Shown here: positions 19,215-28,628 of the stretch, piece by piece
Layout: every line of letters begins with the position of its first letter
Numbering within the stretch: position 1 is the stretch's first letter
Source: Rhodospirillales bacterium
GTDB taxonomy: Bacteria > Pseudomonadota > Alphaproteobacteria > QKFK01 > SZUA-500
Direction of reading: 5' to 3'
Length of the DNA stretch: 54,941 nucleotides
Assembly: GCA_003252195.1 (NCBI GenBank)
Contig: QKFK01000141.1
Coordinates: 1-54,941, forward strand
The notes under the pieces: generated by a model
Databases searched by the model: none
What the model saw: the letters and a program-made list of their open reading frames with translations, nothing else
Told to the model about the DNA's origin: nothing
Program-made: the position numbers and the translations under genes

Positions 19215-21719
19215 ATGGATTTTACAAAATTAACCTCAACTGTTCAAAAAACATTACCGACACATCCTATAAAAGTATTTGAGAGTCTGCCAAGCTTAGA
19301 AAACACCCTGAATGATCTTTGGCGAGGACAAGCAGAAGCTCTTGAGAATTGGCATAAATGCCGAGATAAAAATGATGTTCTTGTTTCTCTTAATACAGGT
19401 GCCGGAAAAACAATCGTAGGTTTACTTATCGCCCAGAGTTTAGTTAACGAAGGAAATGAAAATGTTCTATATGTATGCTCAACTATTGATTTGGTAAAAC
19501 AAACATCTCAAGAAGCTTCTCGGATTGGATTACCTCATACAACTAGAGTGCGAAGAGAATTTAGCAACAAACTATTTGAGTTGGGTAACGGGTTCTGTAT
19601 TACAACTTATCACGCCCTTTTTAACGGTCATAGCTATCTTAGAAAACGTCATTTTCCAGGTGTTATTATTTTTGATGACGCTCATGTTGCGGAAGGGATT
19701 TTGAGGGACGCGTTTACAATTAGAATTGATAGCGCCGAAAAAACAGAATTATTTAACCAGATTGCGGAGTTGTTTACGCCCCATTTCGACGATCTAGGAA
19801 TCTCAGAAAGATTTAAAGACAGTATAAGTAAGGGGCAACATGCCACAGCATTTGTTGCCCCTAGAGGTATCCAGAGAAACAAGAACCAATTATTGCAGAT
19901 TTTAAACAACCATAAGATTTCAACTGATAAAGACCTAAGTTATCCATTTGAACATCTTAAAGACCACCTTGAGGCTTGTGCTGCAGTTTTCACGAGAGGA
20001 GTTTTTGAAATTTCCCCACCGTTTCTTCCGGTTCTTGCAATGGATGTTTTTGAGCAGCCAGTTAAAAGAGTTTATTTATCTGCGACATTGCAATCGCAAA
20101 CTGAATTTATTCGGGCATTTGGGCGAAAACCTCAGGAGGTTATTGTACCTTCTAATGATGCAGGTAATGGCGAGAGGCTTATTATTAATGGACAAGCAAT
20201 ACAAAGTGGTTTTACTGCCGATTTTGTAAAACAGCTCTCTTCATCAAGGAAAGTAGTCATTGCAGTTCCTAATTTCATAGAAGCTCAAAAGTGGTCAGAG
20301 TTGGCCACGCCGTCTAATCCAGATAACTTTTCAAATGATTTAGATAATTTTAGAGCATCACAGAATGGTGCTTTTGTTCTTGTTTCTAGAGTTGATGGTA
20401 TTGACTTACCTTATGAAACATGCAGATTGATGGTAATGGATGGGCTGCCCAGCGGAACCTCTCTTCTTGAACGTTACCAGTGGGAGTTTCTGAGAATGGA
20501 CAATGTGCATGCATCAAGAATTGCCAACAGGATAGCTCAGTTATTTGGTCGTATTAATCGTGGCAGGAATGACTATGGTGTCTTTTTATTGGAAGGACAT
20601 GAATTAAATATATGGTTAGGTAAGGATCGAAATGTGGCTCTTTTACCTCCTTTGTTACAAAAGCAAGTCCTTCTTGGTCGTACTGTTCAAGAGGGTTTGG
20701 GGATTAAAACGCATGCAAGTGTATTGGATGCTATCAATTCTGTTTTGTCTCGTGATAAAACTTGGCTCGATTATTATGAAAGTGAAGTCAAATTAGGCGA
20801 GCTTGACAAAGAACAGGCTGATCGCGCTAAACAAGCTGAGCCAGTTTTAGAAGAAGTCGCAACTTCTGAAGCTAAATATGCGGCGTACTTATGGAACAAA
20901 GAGTATGCAGAAGCACGTATCGAAATAGAAGAATCATCCAACAAAGTAGCACCTATTGACGCACCTCTCGCTGGATGGCACAGCGTTTGGCTGGCAGCTG
21001 CATACGATTTAGAGGGAGATACTGAAAGCGCTGAAAGAGCTTATTCTGTAGCAAGGAAACGTATTGGAGGAGCTATTACTTTGCCTCGAAAAAATTGGAG
21101 CAATATAAATTCAGCGCAATTAGAGCAAAAGAATGAATTTTGCATATCTCTAGAAAATTATCTTGGATTTTCTACAAGCGATAAATGTCAAAAGGAAATT
21201 AATAAAGCAAAAGCTTCATTGAATGGAATAAGCACAGGTAGCACTAATCAAGCTGAAGAAGCTGTAAGGCTTCTGGGTGAAATATTAGGTTTCGATGCAA
21301 CAAGGCCTGACAATGATATAGGCAAAGGCCCTGATGTTTTTTGGGTGAACAATCAAACAAAAGAAGTCTTAGCCTTTGAACTAAAAACCAATAAGAACAC
21401 TCCAACCCGATATAAAAAAGATGATATCGGCCAAGGGCATAATCACATTGCTTGGGTTAAGGAGAATTATCAAAGCTATAATTTGTTGGGATTGCTATTT
21501 ATAGGGCCAGAAATAGGAGTTGTTGAGGATAAGGCCAGTCCATCAGAAAACATGCGTTTTACCGATATTATTAAAACAAAAGCAGTTATGGACGATGTTA
21601 CGGCACTATTATCAGATCTTCTAAGATTAACACCATTAGAAAGAAGCACTGAGATAAGATCTATATCAAAACAACAAAAGTGGGAGCTTAATGATATATT
21701 TAAAAGAATGATAAAATAA
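19215..21719 (+). CDS. SF2 DEAD/DEAH-type helicase with TPR-like middle region and C-terminal RecB-like PD-(D/E)xK nuclease motif
   Basis: NTGAGKTIVG (motif I), IIFDDAH (motif II), LSATL (motif III) and QLFGRINRG (motif VI). C-terminal GPDVFWV...AFELKTNK...QGHNH. Confidence 0.7.
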   Translation: MDFTKLTSTVQKTLPTHPIKVFESLPSLENTLNDLWRGQAEALENWHKCRDKNDVLVSLNTGAGKTIVGLLIAQSLVNEGNENVLYVCSTIDLVKQTSQEASRIGLPHTTRVRREFSNKLFELGNGFCITTYHALFNGHSYLRKRHFPGVIIFDDAHVAEGILRDAFTIRIDSAEKTELFNQIAELFTPHFDDLGISERFKDSISKGQHATAFVAPRGIQRNKNQLLQILNNHKISTDKDLSYPFEHLKDHLEACAAVFTRGVFEISPPFLPVLAMDVFEQPVKRVYLSATLQSQTEFIRAFGRKPQEVIVPSNDAGNGERLIINGQAIQSGFTADFVKQLSSSRKVVIAVPNFIEAQKWSELATPSNPDNFSNDLDNFRASQNGAFVLVSRVDGIDLPYETCRLMVMDGLPSGTSLLERYQWEFLRMDNVHASRIANRIAQLFGRINRGRNDYGVFLLEGHELNIWLGKDRNVALLPPLLQKQVLLGRTVQEGLGIKTHASVLDAINSVLSRDKTWLDYYESEVKLGELDKEQADRAKQAEPVLEEVATSEAKYAAYLWNKEYAEARIEIEESSNKVAPIDAPLAGWHSVWLAAAYDLEGDTESAERAYSVARKRIGGAITLPRKNWSNINSAQLEQKNEFCISLENYLGFSTSDKCQKEINKAKASLNGISTGSTNQAEEAVRLLGEILGFDATRPDNDIGKGPDVFWVNNQTKEVLAFELKTNKNTPTRYKKDDIGQGHNHIAWVKENYQSYNLLGLLFIGPEIGVVEDKASPSENMRFTDIIKTKAVMDDVTALLSDLLRLTPLERSTEIRSISKQQKWELNDIFKRMIK

Positions 21720-21929
21720 ACTAGCAAAAAACTCTCATATTTTTGCTTTTAAGTAGCTTAATAACTTTTTAAAATATTGCATTTTAATTATTAAACGATA
21801 CAACACAAGGTGAACATTTAAGGTTATCCCGGCTGGGGAATTAGCCCACTTCGATGCGGATAAACTTGAAGGTTTTTGTTTATCTAAAAGAATAGGAAAA
21901 GTACATTTATTTAACTACATCGTCTAATT

Positions 21930-22490
21930 TTATAAATTAAAAAACATTTTTACGTTCTCTAAAAGCAGACTTTTTTCTTTATTTTCTCTAGTAATTATAC
22001 CCGTAGGCCTTTTAATAAAATCATAAACATGATTTTTCTGGATATTTACATATGTAGAGCTGCCATATGTTGTGTCAACTAACCAACTTGGCCAAGAAAA
22101 ATAAAAAGTATTAAGAATGGTAGATTTTGATAAGTCATATGCAAATGATTTTCTAGTATTCTGCTCTTGAATATTAGAGTATCTTCCTTGAAGTCTATCT
22201 AGATCATACCTAGAATTTATACCAAAGATATTAAAACAATCTCGTATTTTCATAAACTTCACTTCTAATTGGATCTGATCCCCATATATCTTGTATTTTC
22301 CTAAATTGTTACCGTTTTCATCTAACAAAAGCACCTGATATTCTTTACCGCTCAACTTAGCTTCTTTAATTATTGCTGTAGCAACTATTACCTCTTTTGT
22401 TAATTGATAATACATATTAGAAAACACTGTAATCGCAATTATTACACAAACAACCAAGGTAATCGGTACGCCGAAGAGTATGCGTTTCAT
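21930..22490 (-). CDS. Membrane-anchored hypothetical protein
   Basis: N-terminal hydrophobic helix ILFGVPITLVVCVIIAITVF. No other motif. Confidence 0.5.
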   Translation of the reverse strand: MKRILFGVPITLVVCVIIAITVFSNMYYQLTKEVIVATAIIKEAKLSGKEYQVLLLDENGNNLGKYKIYGDQIQLEVKFMKIRDCFNIFGINSRYDLDRLQGRYSNIQEQNTRKSFAYDLSKSTILNTFYFSWPSWLVDTTYGSSTYVNIQKNHVYDFIKRPTGIITRENKEKSLLLENVKMFFNL

Positions 22491-22700
22491 ATTTTACTAT
22501 CCCTATAAGCTCTGATGCTTTTATTTTATATTTATATGTTAGAATGATTATGTTTACAAAATAAATTATAATTAGTATACATTATTAACAATATCAGAAC
22601 AATCAAAACAAAGTAATAACTTCGTATATCATATAACATTTCAAACATAAAAATCATTTACATAGTAGAGACCATCATGTAGATTTAATTGTAGGTATAG

Positions 22701-22800
22701 ATTAGTGTTCGCAGAGCAGCGAACAGGATAATATAAATAAAGCTCAAGAGTATTAGTAATGTTCGTAGAGCCACGAACAGGTTAATATAAACAAAGCTCA
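22701..22800. repeat. Two tandem ~46-49 nt units, each with a 7-bp hairpin (loops AGAGCA / AGAGCC)
   Basis: Unit 1 (22701-22746) has tgttcgc-agagca-gcgaaca. Unit 2 (22752-22800) has tgttcgt-agagcc-acgaaca. A compensatory C:G to T:A change preserves the stem. Both units end in aaagctca. Confidence 0.9.
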
Positions 22801-22816
22801 TATGTACATCTTGCCC

Positions 22817-22841
22817 GCCCCCTTAATGGGGGCTTTATTTT
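22817..22841 (+). terminator. Rho-independent terminator
   Basis: gccccc-ttaat-gggggc followed by tttatttt. Confidence 0.8.
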
Positions 22842-23057
22842 AAGCCTAACATAACTGTAACAACACCTGTAGCACATAGAAGCTTTCAAAATAGGTGGTA
22901 ACATCTCATGTGTAGCGATGTAGCACTTATTTAGACTACATAAACACAAGTATATGAATCATATAATTTCAAAAATTATCAACAGCTATGAATTTATATA
23001 AATATTTATTTTAGAAGTTACCCCAGAGTTACCCGGGCAGCATTTCCGACCAAACAT

Positions 23058-23101
23058 TTAAAAACACAAAACCCTCGAAAACTTAGAGTTTTCAAGGGTT
23101 T
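23058..23101 (-). terminator. Orphaned terminator of the ancestral tRNA-Thr gene, now separated from the tRNA by the island
   Basis: Stem 23069-23082 pairs with 23088-23101 (14 bp, 1 mismatch) and is followed on the minus strand by ttgtgttttt. It lies directly 3' of the tRNA fragment. Confidence 0.6.
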
Positions 23102-23105
23102 GAGA

Positions 23106-23150
23106 TGGTGCCGACACACGGACTCGAACCGCGGACCCACTGATTACAAA
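23106..23150 (-). repeat. attL: 45-nt copy of the 3' part of tRNA-Thr (anticodon loop to CCA)
   Basis: Identical nucleotide for nucleotide to 47282-47326. The flanking bases differ on both sides. Confidence 0.9.
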
Positions 23151-23289
23151 ACAAAACCACGTATTTCCTTAGTTTTTCATAACATCACACGTACTAAAAA
23201 AGTCTTTTCGTTAACTTTTGGTAACAAAAAGAAACGAAAGGAACCAATCATGACGGAATAATTTTTCTGAACTTTTAAGCAAAATAAAT

Positions 23290-23330
23290 GCGAGGTTTGC
23301 AGACCTCGCATCTCATATAAACTAGTGCGC
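23290..23330 (+). other. Candidate oriT (inverted repeat plus MOBQ-like nick-region core)
   Basis: Hairpin gcgaggt-ttgcag-acctcgc (23290-23309), followed 12 nt later by ctAGTGCGCt (23322-23330). This resembles the AAGTGCGC core of RSF1010-type nic sites. It lies upstream of mobC/relaxase. Confidence 0.35.
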
Positions 23331-23442
23331 TAACACCAATCTGAATAACAATTAGATTGTAATGTATTTTTGCAACCAAAATCAAGGATTATTTTCTACA
23401 AAAATATATTGGTGAGCACTTATCCAAAAAAGGGTATATAAG

Positions 23443-24405
23443 ATGAAAAAGATAAGTGATTGTAACATCCACCTAAATTTAGGCAAAAGAGACGATACAG
23501 AAATAAACAAACAAATTACTAAATTAAAGGCAAAAGTTTCTGACCTACCACCAAACCAACTAGAACTACTTAAAAGCATGCTTTTCTCTGGAAAGATAAC
23601 AGAAATCATTGAAGAAAGCACCCCTGGCACAGTAATACATTTAATCATTTTGTTAATGTTCGTGGGTTTTCAAGACTGGAAGAATGGCCAAATTACCACA
23701 TATACATCACAAAAACTTCTTGCCGAGATTGAAGGGTGCTCGATAGAAACTATAAGAAAAAGACAAAGAGAGTTAGAACGTCTAGGGCTCTCTTTTGCAC
23801 ATTTTGATCATCAAAACCACCCTGCTGGCAATGAAGCCATAGATTTAACCCCTATTGCACTACAGTATTCCGAACTTAGAAACAAGGCAGAAGAAAAAAC
23901 TCAGGCACGAGAAAGAGAGAGAAAAGAACATCTCACATCAACTACCGAAGCTCTTTTCAATAATAATTGGGGAGCCCCCCAAGAAAAATTGGGACATATA
24001 CTATATACTAAAGATACTAGTAAATTTAAAAAAGAAAGTGAAATTGCTTTAAAGGAAGAAAAACTCAAAACCCAGCAATCTTATTCCAAGCAGAAGCAAA
24101 TATCTCCGTCTTCAAAAGAAATGATCCAGATTATATCTAAGCTCTCGCCAGAAGCTAATGATTGGGATACTGACATATTGGAGCGGATATACAAACAAAG
24201 GCTATATGTTAGCGATAGTGCTTGGGAAATAGCGAAATCAAGACATAGTCAACTCACAAGACTGGCTATTTTACTGGTGTCTCTCGTGCGATACGGCATC
24301 AAGAACCGAACATCATTTGCAGAAAGCATGCTCATGAGGAAGGATATTAACATCTGGATAACAGCAGGCAATCTAGCTGATAAGGGGGTGTGTTATGCAG
24401 CTTAA
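23443..24405 (+). CDS. Hypothetical DNA-binding (HTH-like) protein, possible replication or regulatory protein of the element
   Basis: IEGCSIETIRKRQRELERLGL is a wHTH-like segment. It is the first gene of the mobC-relaxase operon and overlaps mobC by 11 nt. Confidence 0.4.
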   Translation: MKKISDCNIHLNLGKRDDTEINKQITKLKAKVSDLPPNQLELLKSMLFSGKITEIIEESTPGTVIHLIILLMFVGFQDWKNGQITTYTSQKLLAEIEGCSIETIRKRQRELERLGLSFAHFDHQNHPAGNEAIDLTPIALQYSELRNKAEEKTQARERERKEHLTSTTEALFNNNWGAPQEKLGHILYTKDTSKFKKESEIALKEEKLKTQQSYSKQKQISPSSKEMIQIISKLSPEANDWDTDILERIYKQRLYVSDSAWEIAKSRHSQLTRLAILLVSLVRYGIKNRTSFAESMLMRKDINIWITAGNLADKGVCYAA

Positions 24406-24721
24406 AGATAACCACGCCAACAAATCACTTAGGCGGACAGTTAATGTCAAAATACGCCTATTCCCAGATGAATACAAACAGCTAAAACTATTAGCCCAAG
24501 GTTATTCTATGAGTATGTCTGCTTATATCCGCAAATCAGCACTAAAAGAAACCAAGGCTAACTCGACAGCCGTTTTGGCAGGACAGCTGTGCAGGTTGTT
24601 CATAAAGCTTTGCAATATTGAAAAAGACATTTCGAGTAGAACAAAAATATACCAAAGCAACATGCGTGAACTACGGGCTTTTATCGTTAAAACAGAAAAA
24701 TTATTTGAAAGGATTAAGTAA
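24395..24721 (+). CDS. mobC: MobC-type relaxosome accessory protein (ribbon-helix-helix)
   Basis: RTVNVKIRLFPDEYKQLKLLAQGYSMSMSAYIRKSAL. Lies immediately upstream of the relaxase. Confidence 0.75.
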   Translation: MQLKDNHANKSLRRTVNVKIRLFPDEYKQLKLLAQGYSMSMSAYIRKSALKETKANSTAVLAGQLCRLFIKLCNIEKDISSRTKIYQSNMRELRAFIVKTEKLFERIK

Positions 24722-26053
24722 ATGGTTATTGCAGAGAAGATGACTTATATAAACGAAACGCCATCGTTTCAAACCTTAGCAGCATATTTAACTCAAACTC
24801 CAGCCGAAGAAAACAGAATTTTATGTGGCAAAATTTACAATTGTGGAAATCTTGATGGCGAATTTGGCAAAAACGACCTAGATAGATTATATAAAGCTGC
24901 AGACATTATGAAGCATGTTGCTTCAACCAATAATAGGATAATTAAAAGCCCTCTTATCCATTATTCCATTTCGTTTCATCCCAGTGATAGGAATAAACTC
25001 AGCAGGTCTGATATGTTGGATTCATGTGATTATATTGTTGAGCAAAGCAAAATGCACGATTGCCAGTGTATATGTTGTTTTCATGATGACAAACACCATT
25101 TACATTTCCATATAATGTTAAACAGAGTAAAGCCAGCCGATACAACCGTATATGAGGAATGGGGAGACCTACGTGATCTTGAAAAGAAAATGAGAGCCCT
25201 AGAAAACAACTATGGACTAGTTATATGCGAAGGCAATAATTATACGTTTAATGGAAAAGACAAACGTGACTTAGATGAAGAAACCATGCAACGTGAATTA
25301 TTTGAAGCTTTATTAGAAAGATCTTTAAGTAAAAATTTCCTTTTGTTTGGGGACAATGAGAGAATTAAGACTTGTAGAGACGTCCCCATTTTAAATATCA
25401 AGCATATTCCTGAGATAACACAGAGATTGAGTTTAGAAATAATTCGTGCAATTGCAGAAAAGATGTCTTTTAATCTAAAAACAAAAGCTTTCACCCAAAT
25501 GGAAACAGACTTGATAGAAAAAAGCCTTAAACAGGTAAGAGAGATGAAAATAAGTAAGATAGAAAATCTTATAAAACAAGACTACACAGATCTTTATAAG
25601 TCTTCTCCAAACTTAGCTCTACCACACCTACTTGCATCATGGGATCTATCCGATCAAAAGGATCAAGCAAAGCTCTATACAAACATGATAAATCATATAC
25701 ATAAAACATCAGCAACCAACCAAAACAACAGCGAACTTGAAAAGGCTTTTTTTACAGCTCTTACCAAAATGGCAAAAGCCATACAAGGAAAAGCCACAAA
25801 AGATGAACTTAAAGCCAAGGTTGATTTATATGACATTTGCTTAAAAATGCTCGAGAAAGTAGCAGAAATAAGCAAAGGCATCATAAAGTTAAGAATATTA
25901 AAGATACCTTCTGTGAAACAGACTTACAAACAGATTGTTGATCTTAAACATAAAAACCAAACGCTACTAGATTTAACTCTACAACAAGAAGCAGCAAATA
26001 AAGCACCCGTAAAAACAAAGAAGAAACACAAAGACCGTTCTATTGAAATGTAG
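24722..26053 (+). CDS. Relaxase / mobilization nuclease (MobA/VirD2-type)
   Basis: HYSISFHP, plus the histidine triad FHDDKHHLHFHIMLNRV (HxDxxHxH). Confidence 0.8.
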   Translation: MVIAEKMTYINETPSFQTLAAYLTQTPAEENRILCGKIYNCGNLDGEFGKNDLDRLYKAADIMKHVASTNNRIIKSPLIHYSISFHPSDRNKLSRSDMLDSCDYIVEQSKMHDCQCICCFHDDKHHLHFHIMLNRVKPADTTVYEEWGDLRDLEKKMRALENNYGLVICEGNNYTFNGKDKRDLDEETMQRELFEALLERSLSKNFLLFGDNERIKTCRDVPILNIKHIPEITQRLSLEIIRAIAEKMSFNLKTKAFTQMETDLIEKSLKQVREMKISKIENLIKQDYTDLYKSSPNLALPHLLASWDLSDQKDQAKLYTNMINHIHKTSATNQNNSELEKAFFTALTKMAKAIQGKATKDELKAKVDLYDICLKMLEKVAEISKGIIKLRILKIPSVKQTYKQIVDLKHKNQTLLDLTLQQEAANKAPVKTKKKHKDRSIEM

Positions 26054-26110
26054 TAACACAATTTACTGTAAATACAGATACAAAGCTTACCTCTACTGTC
26101 TTACGCAAAT

Positions 26111-26138
26111 AAGCCCTCAATTAAGAGGGCTTATTTCT
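26111..26138 (+). terminator. Rho-independent terminator after the relaxase
   Basis: aagccctc-aattaa-gagggctt followed by atttct. Confidence 0.6.
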
Positions 26139-26281
26139 AATTCTTAGCATTTCTATCGCAGTATATTCCATAGCTATATGGTTCATATATGCCAAAACTT
26201 AAAGCACTAAACAATCCATTAACAAAGCTCCTATGGGTTTCCAAAGAAGTTATTGGGTACATGGTACTACCAACAGCTACG

Positions 26282-26411
26282 CTGTTAGCTATCGCTTTAC
26301 ACTCGTTTTTATGTAGTTTTTTGTTAATCTTAGCTCATTCCTGTCACTACAATAAACCAAAAACACACCTTAACAATATATCCTAGTTTGTCCCAATTGT
26401 TCCAACGGCGT
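26282..26411. repeat. Left arm of a ~130-bp imperfect inverted repeat
   Basis: Reverse-complementary to 35581-35711, with about 15 differences including one 1-nt indel (~88% identity by hand alignment). Similarity stops abruptly at both ends. Confidence 0.9.
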
Positions 26412-26443
26412 AAAATATATACAGTAATAGGTTATTAAATAGT

Positions 26444-28159
26444 TCATACTTGCCATATTTCCTTTGATAGCTCATAAAGCTCCAAGATTCTATCATTTAT
26501 TCTACTCTCATTCCATTCTTCATAAGACAAACACTCATCAGAAATATCAAGACCTGCCGCAAACTTCTTAAGACCACCATGCTTCAAATTTCCTTCCAAT
26601 TTTATATTCCAACTAGAATCTCTTATTGATGAGTTAAGAGAGCATGTAATTATCATAAGATTTCCAAGCTTTAGCAATAAGCGATCTCTTTCATTAGCCT
26701 GCAGTTCATTTAAATTATCACCCCAATTATTACGCCATTTCTTCGGCATCATATGCTCTAAGCTATAACTGTTTATTGGCAACAGACTTGTAGAATGTAG
26801 TTTATCATTTCTAACACTAAGCTCCATTATATACAAAACCAGCCTAGCCTGTTGATTTGTAAGGTTATTTTCAAAAAACGCCTTATAAAGCTCATCATTA
26901 TCAGGGAATTTATTTGCAATATCACCAAAATTAAACAATTCTTTTTTTAAAGCATCAAGTGAAAGCACTTCTTTTCTAATTAATTTTGCAAATAAATTAT
27001 TGTAGTCCTTATTAGTTTCCTTGCAAATCAACCTACGCATCAGAAAAGATTCTAAATGCATAAATATTCCATTTTTTTCATCATCATCATCAATATTTTT
27101 AACAACATACAAAATATAAGGAACAATAGTTGTTATACCTAAAGAAAATATAATGAGATTAAGCCTATCCAAACGACTGTTTTTATCAACATCAGAAAAT
27201 ATAATATTCTTATTAATGTTCTTTCTGTATAGATTTGCATAGTTGACGAGATCATATATAAACTCATCCTTAGTTTCTTTACTTTCGTATATACGATAAT
27301 CCCTCATATATTCCTTGTAATTATAAAACAAACTATCAAGTCCTATATATTTCTCTTTAGCCCCGCTCTTTATTAAAAGATAAGACTGTAACAACAAGTC
27401 TATATTAACACGATATAGTCTTCCACTTGTAAGCTCCATATCCCAAAACGACCTAATATCCTCATCCCCCTCAAAGGCTTCCTTCCATGTCTTTCCATAT
27501 AACTCTTCATCCTTTCTTTTGAATAGTTCATTCTTCAAAAGCTCTGCTGTTGTTAGAGATACGCCCAAAGAGTTTATAGTATCAAAAATTTGCTGTTCAT
27601 CTTCAGTTTCAAATAGATCGATCACAACGAAGTATAAATTATTTAGAATAACATCTTCTTTTATTTCTCTGAGAACGTCTTTTTTAGTTAAAAAATAGTT
27701 ATAACATAACAGTATATTATTGCTTTTATATTTATTAGTTAAGTCATCAGATAAATTACCATCAAGTATAGCTTCAAATATCTCAATATCATTGTGATTA
27801 TGTAATATTTTTAGATTGTTACCTTCTTTATTTAGCAGATTTCTAAAATTAAAATCAAAAAATTCACCAATATCTTTTATATTACAAATAACTTTAAACA
27901 TTAGAAGTAGTGTTGTTAACCGTTGTTGACCATCAACTATATTTCTATAGTCTCCAGTACAATTAGATGGTGTGCACCTTTGTTTTAGTATAAGAGACCC
28001 CATAAAATGCTCTCTTTTATTATCTGAAACATATCTAACATCATCTATAAATCTTGACCAATTTTTATCAGACCAAACATAACTTCTTTGAAAGAAGGGG
28101 ATTTCCAATGTTCTGTTATTGGTAAACACCTCATTTATTTTTCTCTTTCCAACATCCAC
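26444..28159 (-). CDS. DUF262/DUF1524 (GmrSD/BrxU-like) putative type IV modification-dependent restriction enzyme
   Basis: N-terminal IPFFQRSYVW and DGQQRLTT (DUF262). C-terminal SLEHMMPKKW ... GNLMIITCSLNSSIRD (DUF1524 His-Me-like). Confidence 0.75.
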   Translation of the reverse strand: MDVGKRKINEVFTNNRTLEIPFFQRSYVWSDKNWSRFIDDVRYVSDNKREHFMGSLILKQRCTPSNCTGDYRNIVDGQQRLTTLLLMFKVICNIKDIGEFFDFNFRNLLNKEGNNLKILHNHNDIEIFEAILDGNLSDDLTNKYKSNNILLCYNYFLTKKDVLREIKEDVILNNLYFVVIDLFETEDEQQIFDTINSLGVSLTTAELLKNELFKRKDEELYGKTWKEAFEGDEDIRSFWDMELTSGRLYRVNIDLLLQSYLLIKSGAKEKYIGLDSLFYNYKEYMRDYRIYESKETKDEFIYDLVNYANLYRKNINKNIIFSDVDKNSRLDRLNLIIFSLGITTIVPYILYVVKNIDDDDEKNGIFMHLESFLMRRLICKETNKDYNNLFAKLIRKEVLSLDALKKELFNFGDIANKFPDNDELYKAFFENNLTNQQARLVLYIMELSVRNDKLHSTSLLPINSYSLEHMMPKKWRNNWGDNLNELQANERDRLLLKLGNLMIITCSLNSSIRDSSWNIKLEGNLKHGGLKKFAAGLDISDECLSYEEWNESRINDRILELYELSKEIWQV

Positions 28160-28628
28160 GTCAGATCTCCTTAAATTTTATAACGACACACTCAGTATAT
28201 TGTTCATATTCACAGCCTAGTATTTTACTAATATAATTCTAATCTAGCAACCTAAATTATCTATCTTCATAGCCTAATTAAGTGCATTAAAATCCATATC
28301 ACACTCAGATACTGTGGCATCTCTAGTTTCAACTATGTACATCAACAAACACAAGGATAATACTGGTAGATTTTATAGTAGAAAACACCTAGATCAACCA
28401 TCTGAATGGTACGCTTAACCCCACCCTGCCACTCAAAAGAAAATTAACAATACTGTAAATGGCAAATAAAAAAGAGCTTAAACACGTGTAAAACAACCAA
28501 ACTCTTTGATCAAGAATAAAAAACAGCTTGAGTTGATTGAAAATTAAGGTAATCATTTGTATGATGAGTTTAATTTTATAAAACAAACAATAGTTGATTA
28601 AACATCTTAAGAGACTTAAGGACAAGCC

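Larger units (their letters stand above)
22692..22841 (+). ncRNA. Candidate sRNA: two tandem hairpin units plus intrinsic terminator
   Basis: Putative promoter TTTACA (22657-22662), 17-nt spacer, TAGATT (22680-22685). Two ~46-49 nt units follow, then the terminator at 22817-22841. No ORF. Confidence 0.45.

Noticed and set aside
22701-22800. Possible CRISPR array (also considered for 39363-39457)
   Set aside because: There are only two units. They are directly adjacent with ~5-nt linkers instead of spacers, the units are not identical, and there are no cas genes in the window.
22692-23105. Type III toxin-antitoxin locus (repeat-array antitoxin plus terminator plus ToxN-like toxin)
   Set aside because: The repeat-terminator layout fits. 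However, no ORF of useful size follows either array: 264 nt before attL in this locus, and ~300 nt before the convergent gene at the second locus. It is kept only as an analogy inside the sRNA findings.
23382-23648. 88-aa minus-strand ORF, with 41255-41599 (114 aa) and 1065-1286 (73 aa) as similar cases
   Set aside because: Each overlaps the start or end of better-supported genes or regulatory regions. Their products are hydrophobic low-complexity sequences with no RBS.
26189-26386. 65-aa hydrophobic ORF in the left IR arm, and the mirrored ~51-aa ORF at 35619-35774, considered as small membrane toxins
   Set aside because: Similarity between the arms continues ~25-35 nt past both stop codons, and the N-terminal halves are unrelated. 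Conservation therefore looks DNA-level. It is mentioned only as a side note in the IR finding.
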